A stretch of DNA of 64,000 nt from Octopus vulgaris (lineage: Eukaryota): positions 114,266,001 through 114,330,000 of the forward strand of contig OX597819.1 of assembly GCA_951406725.2 (NCBI GenBank), written 5' to 3'. The notes under the pieces were generated by a model that made no database searches, was not told the DNA's origin, and saw only the letters and a program-made list of their open reading frames with translations. This document shows, piece after piece, positions 41,355 to 55,214 of this stretch. The position numbers and the translations under genes are program-made. The stretch's first letter is position 1, and every line of letters starts with the position of its first letter.

Positions 41355-43329
41355 TAGATGCACACCTTTGGTCTATGCATGACCCATGAGTACATTGCTG
41401 GGTAAAAGAGAAAATGTAGAAGATTGACATGACAAAAGGCAACTAAGCTTGGTTTGATTTGCAAAAAGTGCAGCTTCAATGCATCCATTAGCCAAGGTAT
41501 CACATGTCTTTCACATAAACAGTTGGCATCTTATGAGTCATCTAAGCACAATAACTTATCTCATTAATAAGAATCAAGAGCAGGCATTCCAATTGGGTTA
41601 AATGAAGCATGAACCAAGGTACAGTAGTTAGGCAGTAATAGATTGTTTGTTCCTTCTCGAGCAATCCCTGGCTCATTAGGGCCAGTTTCCCGGTTTCCTT
41701 GGCGCATAGGTTCCCCACCTGGACAGGATGCCAGTCTGTCGCAGGTGACTGCAAAATGCAAGAGGAAAGAGTGAGAGAAAGTTGGGGTGAAAGAGTCAGC
41801 AGAAGTTCGCCATTACCTTCGGCCAGAGCTTAGGTGTTTCGCTCATAAATACACACATCACTCGGTCTGAGATTAAAACCTGTGATCCCTTGACTGCTGC
41901 TCTAACCACTAGGCCATGTGCCTCCACCAGTAACAGATTACAGAGGCAATATAAGCATTAAAGTTTTTTGGGGTTTTTTTTAACAGCACAGTTTAACGAA
42001 GGAATTGACTCCATGACCTTTGAAGGCCCTCCTAAGATCAGCGAAATTAATGCAGCTAACGTTTTTCTCCAACAGCTGAAAATTTTATGTAAAACATAGG
42101 AAGTGATAGACGTTCAGAAAATTATAGATAAGGAAGATCCGAGTGAGATGGTTAGTGTAGAACCTGGATACAATAAGGGTGCCAAGAGTAGAAATGAGGG
42201 GGCCATGAAAAAAATACAAGCCTACTCAAAGGAGCAGACACCATTTGTAGAAGTGATAGAAAAGACAGAATGAGGTGACAGCAAGCATGTGGACCAGAGT
42301 TTGGAATGTTTTGGTGAGCAACTTCATGACAATCAGTGGATTGCTTTCTTTTGCAAGTGGACTAGGATGTTTGTGTAGTATCAGAACTGCCCTAAATATA
42401 GAGCACACCAGAGGATGATAGTGTGGGTCAGAGAGAGCTCCATCAGCATATGCAGTGATGATGCAATCTGACAAGAAAGCAGCCAGTTTTGTTAGATTTG
42501 CATACAGGAGATGGTCAAATGTTTGGCAACTGACGATGGCAACATTATTTTTAACAAATTTCTCTACAGCAAGGCCCACTAGGACCTTGGTTGATTTGGC
42601 TTTATGGAAAAATGTACTTGTCATAGTGTTGGAGAAAGAGGTTGTTAAAGAATATTTTCCTCATCTTTGAGATGTTAGAAAGGAGAGCAAGTCAGAGAGG
42701 TTACTCTTCTTTGGAATGAGACAAATTTTAGTGGATTTTCAAAGATTAAGACAGATCTTTGTAAAGAAAGATATAGTTTGGCAAGGATAGAGGCTAGCTC
42801 TGGGGGGGACATTGAAGAAATGGGATGGATATTGTCATGATTGATCTTGATGGCTTGAAACAACAGGGGTACTTTTGCACTTGGCAAATGCCTGATGAGC
42901 CTAGTAGAATGAAGAAGAATAGTTTCAAAGATCAACCCAGTATGTACAGTATGGAATTGGATGTAAGACAACAAATAAGGGGACTTTCTTTATATGTTAA
43001 TGTTTCTGTTTGAAATTTCAGGAATAGCTTTTACACAGCTCATTTCTGGTTGAAATTGGCCACTTTCCTCATAACTACATACCTGTTCCCATTCACTTGG
43101 AGATATGAACCAAAGAAGACTTCAAACACCTTAACAGCACTTTCAGTCTTGTAACAGACAGTGACCAGCATGGACTTGTCTCTCAAAATTGCAAGCTTAT
43201 TGACTTGTCATGGTAAACACATCTTCTGTTACCATCTCATATTCTCCTGGTATGGTTATGATCACTTTGGTTTCTAAGATTTTGGACATGACATTAACAT
43301 AGTACATGGACGCAATATAACACTTGTAC

Positions 43330-43482
43330 TCACGGAGTGGTTGGCATTAGGAAGGGCATCCAGCCGTAGAAACATTGCGAGATCAGACTGGTGCAGCCTT
43401 CTGGCTTCCCAGACCCCAGTTGAACCATCCAACCTATGCTAGCATGGAAAGCCGAAGCTAAACGATGATGATGATGATGATG
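43330..43482 (+). mobile_element. Meta-SINE-like element
   Basis: ggcattaggaagggcatccagccgtagaaac core with a (GAT)n tail. Confidence 0.75.
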
Positions 43483-44572
43483 TAACTCAGTTGAAGAAGA
43501 ATGTCCCTTAACATACCTAATAGACAGAAGGTACAGAAGTGATGTGAAGGGCACCCTTTTCAGACTGAGTATGTCATTAGAGAATGTTTTCTTATATGGC
43601 CTCTGAGTTTGATCACCAAGCAGATACTGCTGTACATCGATGTGATCCAACCTCTAGAACAATGACAAACTAGTTTCACCTAGGGCAGTCAACAGGTAGG
43701 AAAGTAAAAAAAATTTGTTTAAGAAGATATGCCCAGTTAATAATTAACATGTTATTTGATAATTAAAAAGCTATAGTTACACAGAGTGAAATATAGTGTT
43801 ACATTCATGTCTCATTCAAAGGCATAAGTAATATAGTGATTTGTGATATCTGACCATTAAAATCTGATCTGAGACCCAATTCTCTATGACCTAGAATAAA
43901 TAAATGACAGATCAACTAGGTAAAGGTTTTTAAAATTTTTCACAGAGAATCAAGTAAATTTAATTGGAGTGACACCAACTATTACAGGTATTTCTTTTAC
44001 CATATTAAATTAAAGGTTAAACCAGAAGCAACACATGACTAAGTGCGTTCATGTATATATGGGTACATACATGTGTGTGTGTGTGTTAAGATTAGTTACA
44101 AAACTAGCCTTTAGAATTCTCCAACAAAGTCTAAAGAAGAAATAGGACTAATTACATACCGGTCATTATGTTAATATATCCACTCTATACATAGTATAGT
44201 TTTGAATTGTACTCATTCTTTAATAGCAACATCCAATTCTGTCTGTGTGTATGTAAAAACTCTATACACACATATACATGCATAAATTCATAATGATGAT
44301 AAAAATAGAAATAAAACAAATAAGGTATAAATTTTGGTGAAAAGGTGTATAGTTAATTAAATCAATGCTGGAACTTGACTGGTATTTTGATATATTTATC
44401 CCTAGAAAGAAAGGCAAAGCTGACCTCGGCTGGATTTGAACCCAGAATATAAAGGAATATAAATACTGCAAGTCATTTTATCCCATCATTATCAATTTTA
44501 ATAAACCAGAATCTCAAATCCTCATATCCTGTCCATCCATTTCAGCCAAATTCTTTTCAGAAAGTATGTGAG

Positions 44573-45214
44573 CTATAAATGTTTTGGCATAGTTATGTGA
44601 TAACCTTTTACACTAATGTTTGCCTGATACCATATTTGAGAGTCGTCATCATCGTCCAAAAGGTTTAAGGCATGAAGATCACTCAGGACACTGTCATCTT
44701 TCTTGGATGGCATGAGTGGTTCAAACCCAGACAAATCATGACTGTAGTTGTGTTTAGGATGGAAAGAGACTTCATCATCATCATCTGGGTCACTATCTTG
44801 TAATAAGTTCAAGTAATAATGTTGTCCACGTTTTGAAGGTTTGTAGACAGGTTTGGCAGAGAAGCCAGTCAACTTAAGCTGGCGTGGGCCAAGCAGTAAC
44901 ACATGCATGTTGGTGCACGGGAGTCTTGAACCACTAAAGAATGGGTCCTTTGCGAAAATCTGTAAGAAAAGAAATCGCTTGCAGTCTTTGGCAGACAGGG
45001 GCTTTTGTGGATGTTGACTAGAGTCTGCAGGAGGAAAAGTGATGTGGAACACCTCTTTGGGGCTGAGAGCTGAGGAACCAAGGATAATGGCACACTCTTG
45101 GATTTGGGGGTTAGTTTGGAAATTAGCCACAATACTTCCAAATAACTTTTCACAGCTAGAATAAAGTAAGAAAGCCTGTCTGTCATTCTTGTTTGAACTC
45201 TTGGGGTTGGCATT
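44573..45214 (-). CDS. MAD2L1BP: MAD2L1-binding protein p31comet, exon 2
   Basis: tttcag|AAT GCC, phase 0, open to TAG. IILGSSALSPKEVF, FSAKPVYKPSKRG and IWYQANISVKGY correspond to the p31comet motifs LLGGNALSPKEF, FRPKLNYRVPSRG and IWFQAPVTFKGF. Confidence 0.92.
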   Translation of the reverse strand, partial: NANPKSSNKNDRQAFLLYSSCEKLFGSIVANFQTNPQIQECAIILGSSALSPKEVFHITFPPADSSQHPQKPLSAKDCKRFLFLQIFAKDPFFSGSRLPCTNMHVLLLGPRQLKLTGFSAKPVYKPSKRGQHYYLNLLQDSDPDDDDEVSFHPKHNYSHDLSGFEPLMPSKKDDSVLSDLHALNLLDDDDDSQIWYQANISVKGYHITMPKHL

Positions 45215-47406
45215 CTGAAAAAAGAAAATAAATAAATAAAGCTATAATATACGAATTTAAAATGGAAACAAAACTAAAAATATGGAAATGAAAAATTAAG
45301 TAAAAATTATATAAATAAAAATGAAGTATATAAAATAATGATGGAGGTGAGGCTGTTTTAGGCCAAAACTAATTTAGGAAGTGAATTAAATAATTACATT
45401 CAATTTTAGAACTTCATTTTAAAGAGCTAATTGATATAATACTAAAAATGAAAATATTTGATGACCTTCTACACCCATTTCAACAAGGAATATTATGTAA
45501 AAGGTGTTTTAGTGCATTTAATATAAATGTTTATTGAATTTTTGATGGCTTGGTAGAGTCAGAAAAACATTTAAAAATGACTTTTATTTAGTTGTAGGTT
45601 TGTTTCCAGCTCAAATCCTGCTGGGATCAACTTTGGTTTTCAACCTTCTGGAGTTGATAAAATAAATTGATTGGACCTTTGCTACAATATTTATGGCCTT
45701 GTGTCATCCTCATCAATGGTTTAATATCTACTTTTCCATGCTTGTATGGGTCAAACAGAATTCATTGAGGTAGATTCTCTATGGCCAGATGCCCTTCTTG
45801 TCGTCAACCCTGACATGTTTCAAGCAAGTTAATATTTTCCCATGGCTGGACATGTTTTTATGGAAGACTAGAAATGAAAGATACTGTTTGATGGTGACTT
45901 TCATTTATCACAATGATGTGATATCAAGACAAGGAAAGACACACAAAAGACAGGCTTCTTTCAGTGTGTCGATCAAATCAACTTTTTTTTTTCTGCCATG
46001 CCGATGGCACGTAAAAAGCACGATTTGAGCATGGTCAATGCCAGTGCTGCCTTTATCCTTCTTTCCTTTCTAGTCAGCACTGTGCATTCCTTACTCTTTC
46101 ACTGGTGACAGACAACCTTTTTCTACACTATCAGCTACTAACCAGCGAGCCATCCTTCTTGTCACTATCACTAGAATTGCTACTATCTCTTTATCTGTCG
46201 GGCAAACGAATAAACATATGTAAATAATATTTCTTCTTTCTTAGTGTTGATTCTTCGATGTTTACTGGTTACTCTGACACGAGAACCTTGCAGCGTTACA
46301 TCTACACGCTACATTTAGTAGTGGGCTACATCATATCGAATTGATATGGCACATCACATCCAGCCCGCAACAATGGTGTTACATTTCTTTCGAAAGGACC
46401 GGACCAATAGTTATTGCGAGGGAGATTGCTGTCGTGTTTTCTAGAGGAAGCAGCAAAGTCTTTTTGGGTAGTGTTGCAGACGTATCTTAGTGTTTGGGAA
46501 TGATAATGCTATGTGATTAAAGCTATGAACATACTGTCTTTGGATATCCAAGAACTTGAGCTCCAAAACAGAAAATCTTCTAAACACGAAGTCTGTTGAT
46601 TCCTATGTACATGCAAGGATTTTATTTGTTTTTTAAATGTTAAAGGAAACCAAGTTCTAGGAGTTGGGGTTACGATTATGGGGACGAAATTAAAATCTTA
46701 TTTTAAAATGTACTGATTTAAAGGAGGGGTTTAGCTCTCCCTTTAAAAAGTTGAATATCTTTAAGACCGGACAATTCGTTGTCTTCCTAATGTCCGTCTT
46801 TTGTAAGAGCTTTCCAATCGTAATCCTCCCGTCTTTTTATTTTATTTTATCTATTTTCGTTTGTAGTCAGCAAACTCCCTATTTTGAAAATTTTGTACCT
46901 TAGACTACATTGTATCCTTCCTGGTATTTCTTTCTAGCAGATCGAACGACCACGTACAGACTCCTACGTTAACAATTAGTAATTTCAAAAAATAATATAA
47001 AGTAAATTATTTTTCGGTTAGTGTTATATAAAACCGTAGATTGGGGTTTCCTATTCAGTCGAGGGTGTCTATTTTGTTTGCCGGCACAAATTTAAATATT
47101 CAGTTTAAATGTAAAAATAACCAATCATGATATTTATTTTTTGATGTATTTTTAAGAATGTTTATATTGGCCTCAAGTACAAAAAAAAAAGAAAAGAAAC
47201 ACGAAAATTTTTAAATACTTCAACAGAGGGAAAAGTCACGTTGTTATTTTAAGAAATAAGCATATTTCAACACTATAAAATATGTATATTACTAAAAATT
47301 AATATTAAATTTTATAAGGAAAAACAAACGAAAACAGGGATAAAAAATTTCCAATATTCCAAACAGAAATCCAACAATAATTACATATATATATATATAT
47401 ACTTAC

Positions 47407-47589
47407 TTTACCACGAACATTGATATGTTTCTTGAGTTGGTCAAACATCTCAGGCATTTGGCTTTTCTCATATAAAATATATTTGATGAGTTCGTTGAGC
47501 AAATAAGCCCTAATTTCTGTGTCTATAATGCCTTTAAAAGGTATATCACAGACGACAGAATTTGGATGTACAGCTGATCTACAAGCCAT
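47407..47589 (-). CDS. MAD2L1BP: MAD2L1-binding protein p31comet, exon 1
   Basis: ATG at 47589, 61 codons, AAA|gtaagt donor. LLNELIKYILYEKSQMPEMFDQL matches the p31comet HORMA helix. Joined product is 274 aa. Confidence 0.9.
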
Positions 47590-47654
47590 GATTTTAAGTT
47601 TGCCGGGGTTTTACTTCGTTTGTAATTTTTAACCGTAGTAAGAAGGGGAAGTTA

Positions 47655-47690
47655 TTCTGACGTCACACCTAGACGATCGCTGATTGGTCA
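47655..47690 (-). promoter_or_regulatory. MAD2L1BP proximal promoter: CRE and CCAAT box
   Basis: Perfect TGACGTCA at 47658-47665 and ATTGG (CCAAT on minus) at 47683-47687, 70-100 bp upstream of the ATG. Confidence 0.55.
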
Positions 47691-49448
47691 ACTACGTTGT
47701 TGTGGGGAAACTATTCATCCACTCCAAGAACAGCTGAGTTTGGAAACCGTTGGTTAAACGAAACACAAATAATTAAATAAAAGGGTATATCGAAGCCTCC
47801 ATATAGTCATTCGATCTGCTAGAAATAACAGTCAAATCTATCTAACCCTAAATTTTAGCCTTTCGTTCTTTTTTTCTTAATTGTTAAATTAATTTAATTG
47901 TTACGCGTGTGTCTAAAATTATTCGTTTTGTTTTTGTTTTGAGATACACGTGTATTGTTTAAACTATTTTCCATTGCTTAAGAAAAAAAAAACCAAAGTA
48001 GTGAAAATAATTTAAACAATTAACAAACAAAACAATTCTATAATTTTATACACACGCTTTCCGTACGTAAACGTAACAGTGACAGGATGTTTCAGTTTTA
48101 GACGCAGCAAATGATTTTAGCTCAATAGAGGCCATTGATTGGTTAAAATTCGAAAAATTAAACTACGTTAAACTTACAAATTACAATTTTCTCAAGAAAG
48201 TCAAGAGAAAAAAATGTTTTATTTTGACACATTCTACCAGTATACGAAGTTTAAAAGTGTTTAGTTAACTAGAAATTGTGTTGAAAACTGCCGTTCAAAA
48301 GGAAAAGATCTCCTTTCAGAATGGTTCACATTCGAGGAACTCAAATGAACTAATTTGTGTAAAAAAAATCATATACACTGTTTTAAAAAATAATTAATTT
48401 TTTTAGTTAAAAAATTATTTACTTTCTTTAAAAATTCTTTTATTTTATTCTGTAAAAAATTATTTTATTTTGTTCGCAAACATGTATCGCGCACGTGTGA
48501 TACAAGTATATATCGCACATGCGCAAATCAACTCATTTGCATACGCGCAAGTCGTTGTAGAATCGACTGCTTACGATTAGCTAGTGCGGACGCGTGACTG
48601 CGCGTGCGCGCACCGGGACCAGTATTCGCTAGTAGTACCAAGGAAAGGATTTATTTGATAACGTAATCCTAAGTAAAAATGCAAGTTCTAAAATCTGAAA
48701 CTAATCCTAAGTACATTATATCTATAGAAAAAAAGAAAAAAAAGGATAGGATGGGTTCGTCAGGAACCTCTTTTATCAGGTTCATTGCCAAACTGGGATC
48801 TTTTCGCTTTGACAGGCAGATTTTTAAAATAATTTCTTTGTAACTAAACACTTTTAAATGTCGTATTCTGGTAGAATGTGTTTATAAAACATCTTTTTCT
48901 CTTGGCTTTCTTGAGAAAATTCTGTAGTTTGTAAACTATTTGTTGTTTAATTTCTTGCATTTCGGCAATTTCAACCAATCAATGACGTCTATTGAGGTGA
49001 ATACATTTTCTGCCGTAGGTTGTCAGCAACAATTATTTGCGGTGTCATATGCATTTGTCACTGTTATTTATGAGTTACAAAGAAATTATTTTAAAAATCT
49101 GCCGGTCAAAGTGAAAATATCCTATGTATGTATGTGTGTATATATATATATGTACATATATATTATATGTGTGTATGTGTGTGTGTGGTTAGGGCAACGG
49201 ACTCGAGGTCGGAGGATCGCGGTTTCGTTTTGTGTTTATTGAGCGAAAACATCTAAAGTTCCACGATGCTCCGGCAGGGATGGGGTGTCCCCTGTTGTAC
49301 TCTTTTGCCCCAACTTTCTCTCACTCTGTCTTCCTGATTCTTGAGTAAATGCTGCAATGGACTGGCGTCCCGTCCAGCTAGGAGGAACACATATGCCACA
49401 GAAACCGGGCCCATGAGCCTGGTTAGGCTTGAACAGGGCGCATAAATA

Positions 49449-49755
49449 TCTTTATATATAAAATTGAAGTTATGTGTGTGAGACTCTGTCTCCTCCGATT
49501 TAGATTCCTAACTACTCCCACATTTTGCGGTGCAGTTTAACCAAAAGCGGGTATCTTATAGTCGTCATTCATATCGAGCCCTTCTGGGTATTAGCGCGCG
49601 TTTACGATGAGTCTACGATTTAAAAAAAAAATTACCATAATTTTTCTGCATTTTTAATGATTTTTGCTCGGGTTATATAAGGGAAGTAACTCTCGAAAAA
49701 TGCTTATATAGTTATTTCCCTTACAAACCCGAGCAACGCTGGGCGATACTGCTAG
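49449..49755 (+). mobile_element. Non-autonomous Helitron
   Basis: A|TC start, subterminal hairpin cccgagcaacgctggg, CTAG|T end, no TSD. Confidence 0.8.
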
Positions 49756-51144
49756 TATATATATATAAAGGAATACAAAAAATGGGACAAGAACGCAAAA
49801 CATCCAGCTAGATGATACAAAAAAGGGACAAGAAAAAACACGGACGGGTCAGTCAAAGTTTTCTTTCCTCAGTCAAGTTTCCGATTACCTTTGTAATTTC
49901 GACTGGTTATACTCAAGATTGCTCCAATCTGGCCAGCCCCAAAGAAAAAACTAAGCTAAGAGCACTAGATTCCTTGGAAGAAAGCAGCGAATGTATATGA
50001 AAACAAGGACGGAAAAAAAAACAGAGAATTTTACACAAAAACAAATAACAGGACATAACAACAGGTGTCTTTCGACATCTATATATGTATGTATATATAT
50101 ATATGTGTGTGTGTGGAGGGGCAATGGCCCAGTGGTTATATATTTTTTAAAAATACAAAATCCTAAAGACCTGTCAATGAACTATTTTTTCCAGCTTGTG
50201 GTGTTTGAGATGTTTGGAAGGTCTGGACTGCTAACTGCGAAGTTCTTGTCATCATAGGCAGCTCCACTTACTGAGGTGTCAGGTGATACCTGTGAGGGTG
50301 CTTGGCTGCTCCTATACCACGAGCAAGCTGGCTTGCCTCAGTAGGTTCCGTTGTACCTTGTGGTGTGCGACCAATTGATTCACATGATGTTGCATTGAAC
50401 TTTTAAAAAATTTTCTTTTTCTTTTGCAAAATATTCCTTTTCACTGAATTATTGGAAATTGTAACAAACAGAATTTATTTTGATAAAAAAAAAAGTAATA
50501 TAAAATAACAGCATTATAACATAATCTGATCATTATTTCTGAAAATTATCACCATTCTGTTTGTGCATGTAAAAACATATGATAAATTTGCCGCTTCAGT
50601 TCTTCAGAAAACAGACTCATATGCATCAATATACATTCCCTAGACATAGGAAAGATCAGAAATGCCAAAAATTGATAAATAAATAAATATCTAGGTCAAA
50701 CGAAAGAGGATCAGGGGAAATGGCACGTGATATGAAATTAACGGAACATGATTAAATTTTAAAATTAAAAAAAATCAAACATTAAATATTATCTATAGCC
50801 TCTTCACAATCTGCTGAAGTGTCCTCTTCGTGATACATATACTCACCAAGAGAAAAAAATTATTGAAATTAAACACTATTCATTTTATCCCATTTTAGAC
50901 ATCATGTTTTAAAAATTGAAAATTATCAAATTAGACATTAGTGTGTGAAAAAATCGATTTGGAATCCAACAGAGAAGAGAATATTGATTGCTAAACACCA
51001 AAAATTATCCAGATATTTTATTAGCAACCTCAGCCATAATTGGGTCAATGTTGAAGAAAAATTTCTTTGAAAAAGAAGACCTGCTACGCTGAATATGTTT
51101 CAAACTTCAACTGCAAGAACGATTTACTCCTATTATATATTTCT

Positions 51145-51367
51145 TTACTACCCACAAGGGGCTAAACATAGAGGGGACAAACAAGGACAGACAAGCGGAT
51201 TGAGTCGATTACATCGACCCCAGTGCGTAACTGGTACTTAATTTATCGACCCCGAAGGATGAAAGGCAAAGTCGACCTCGGCAGAATTTGAACTCAGAAC
51301 GTAGCGGCAAAGGAAACACGGCTACGGATTTCGCCCGGCGTGCTAACGTTTCTGCCAGCTTGCCGCC
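51145..51367 (-). mobile_element. tRNA-derived SINE, family B
   Basis: Reverse full-length copy abutting the Penelope fragment. Confidence 0.85.
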
Positions 51368-51392
51368 TAAATATACTCCTAAATATAATGTA

Positions 51393-52105
51393 ACCTTTTT
51401 CTTGATGTCTTCTCTGAAGTCGTGTTCGAAGACTTTCCCTATTTCATCATATAGTTTGTTCTCCAGGAAACCCATCACCAGGTTGGCATATGAAGGTGCG
51501 AATTTTGTCCCCATAGCCGTGCCTTTTATCTGTCGGTATGTCTTGTTGTTGAATGAGAATGTATTTTCTTCGAGTATTAGTTGGATGGCTTGGGTGATAA
51601 AGTTTGTCTTGAAGCGTTCGTCTATAAGTTCTCTGTATTTTTCTATTGATTGTTTTATAGCTTCTAGACCTAGTGTGTGTGGTATGTTTGTGTTTAGATT
51701 TGTGACATCAAAGCTTGCAAGTATGGTGTTTTTCGGGACTGTATTTGGAATGTGTGTGAGGAAGTCTATGTCATCCCTTATGTAGCTTGGTATCTGTGGG
51801 CATAAAGGTTTGAGGAGTATATCTATGAAGTGGCTTAGTTGTTGTGTTGGTGCCTGGGGTCCTGCCACTATTGGTCTCATTGTGAGGTCTGCAGGCCTTT
51901 GTATTCTTATATAGTGGTTCCTCTGTTCCTTTATGGCTCTCTGTATTTCAGAGCTTTTATGAATTTTAGGTAACCCATAAAAATTGCTTTCTTTGGTTCG
52001 TGAGTTGCATAGATAGTCTTTCTCCTTATCTGTAAAGGAGTCCTGGTATTCATTGACTAAAGTTCTAATTTCTTTTATTGTTGCTTTCTCCGGTGGTGTT
52101 GGTTC
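51393..52105 (-). mobile_element. Penelope-like element reverse transcriptase fragment
   Basis: FYGLPKIHK, MRPIVAG, SYIRDD, ILASFDVTNLNTNIP and QIKGTAMGTKFAPSYANLVMG are PLE RT motifs; truncated before the catalytic DD motif. Confidence 0.92.
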
Positions 52106-52889
52106 CTCTTTACATTGAAGAGACTTGGTCGTTGACAGGAGCCTCATAAGTTAACGCAGTAAACCATTTCATACGAGGCAACTAAATTCTGACCCCACGT
52201 TGTTGGCTTGTCACCAGTAACCGATTTTCCTGTTGAAGCCTACAGTAAAATTACCTTGTTGGGGAGGGGTTAAGCCAATTTTTTAAAACTTTTTTTTTTA
52301 ATTTTCATGCTGCAGTTTGCCGTAGCTATTCAAAGTAAACACAAGTGAATTGTCGCCTGTAGTGGTCTACTTTGAAAAAAAAATGTTTTTCAATACTTTT
52401 AATTGTTTTGTAACGGAAAAAAAAACGCAATTGTCTTTAAAATAATATACACCGTATATCGTTGAAAAATATTTCCTAAACTTCAGTAGGGGCTCGCTAT
52501 TAACTTAGTTTTTGCAGTGTTGCGCCAATCAGCTCATTTGCATACGCAAGTCGCTGTAGGATCGACTACCTACGACTGGCTAGCTCGTCTGCGCGTGTGC
52601 GCAAACCGGGTCCAGTCTACGCGACTAGTACCTAAAAGTATAATATTAAGGGGCATTCATTTGCCAATATTAGAACAAGAATATCTTTTTCCTAACTCTT
52701 AAAATCACTGGATATAATAATCCCAGATTGCAAAATAAATTTCCAGTTTTTGGCGCCGAAATGAGTTTCATTTTTGTGTGGAGAGAGAGAGAGAGAGAAA
52801 GTGAGTGAGACAAGGAGAGAGAGAGAAAGAAAGAAAGAGAGAGTGAGTGGGTGACGAGGTTTACCCAAATTTTGAATGATGATATATGA

Positions 52890-53278
52890 TCTTTATATAT
52901 AAAAGTAAGGTTGTGTGTCTGTCTCCTACGATTTAGATTCCTAACTACTCCCACATTTTGCGGTGCAGTTTAACCAAAACCGGGTATCTTATAGTCGTGA
53001 TTCATATCGAGCCCTTCTGGGTATTAGCGCGCGTCTACGATGAGCCTACGATTTAAAAAAATTTACCATCAATTTTTCCCATTTTTAATGCATTTTTGGC
53101 ATATATAAGGGAAGTAACTCTCTAAAAATTTATTAAATCTCAGAACATAAAAAGCTACAGTAACACGCCCCTTTTGTGGTTAGCCATATTGAGATGGCTA
53201 TTATACTTTACATCTCTAAAAATGCTTATATAGTTATTTCCCTTTACAAACCCGAGCAACGCCGGGCGATACTGCTAG
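52890..53278 (+). mobile_element. Non-autonomous Helitron (same family as 49449)
   Basis: A|TC .. cccgagcaacgccggg hairpin .. CTAG|T; carries about 80 bp missing from the first copy. Confidence 0.8.
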
Positions 53279-53794
53279 TTATATATATAATTCTATATTG
53301 TTACACCATTCTTTCTCTCTCTCTCTCTCTCATTATATATCATCATCATTCAAAGTTTGGGTAAACCTCGCACCCACTCACTCACTCTCTCTTTGTCTCA
53401 CTCATGCTTTCTCACTTCTCCCTCCCTCTCTCTTTGTCTCACTCTCTCTCTCACTCCACCCTCCCTCTCCTCCTTTCTCTCCACACAAAAATAAAACTCA
53501 TTATTATTGTTATTTTTGTTTATTTTATTTTACTTTATTATTTTAACTTACTTCCCCTACATGTTAGTTTCCTAACATTTGGTCTCTCTGATGAAGCCTT
53601 GGGGCTCAACCATTGTCCAATGTTTGGTCAACCTTTGTGATGTCCCTCTATATCACTGGCGTGATGTGGAAAACTTAGAAGATTGGGCAAGCCCATAGCT
53701 GTAACAGTTTAGTATTTGTACACTCATTTATTATTATTCGTTTTTTTTTTATTTATCTATTTATTTACTTCCTTCGTAATAAGTTAATAAATAT

Positions 53795-54770
<976 letters not shown>

Positions 54771-55120
54771 AAGAAGAAGAAGAATTCATTTACTTATTTA
54801 TTTGATTATTTCATTCGTTTACTTGGATCACTTATACATATGACTGCAATCAATTAATAAATAAATATAATTGAATGTTTACAGGCTGATGTTTATTGAT
54901 TGTTTATCCTCTCCATTTTCTTATTTGCCTTATAAATCCTGGGTAAATTTCTGTTTAACCCCCACGTACACCTAATATTCAACTGCGATATTGCCCCTGC
55001 ATTAGTAAGCACTTGGATATAAATACGTAGGTATACATCCAGTAGTATACTGAATATTTACTATCCCTTAGATGGTTGCTTAACCTCTAACTGATACAAA
55101 CATGTATGTATGTATGTATG

Positions 55121-55206
<86 letters not shown>

Positions 55207-55214
<8 letters not shown>

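Noticed and set aside
46050-46385. LTR-like block with AATAAA and a TGTTACA end in the MAD2L1BP intron
   Set aside because: No identifiable 5' TG terminus or TSD.
51209-52147. 312-aa ORF as a host gene
   Set aside because: It is a Penelope RT fragment reading through into a SINE.
53588-53632. CTGATGA followed by an AGCC/GGCT stem
   Set aside because: The GAAA box is replaced by CAAC and no stem I forms; insufficient for a hammerhead call.
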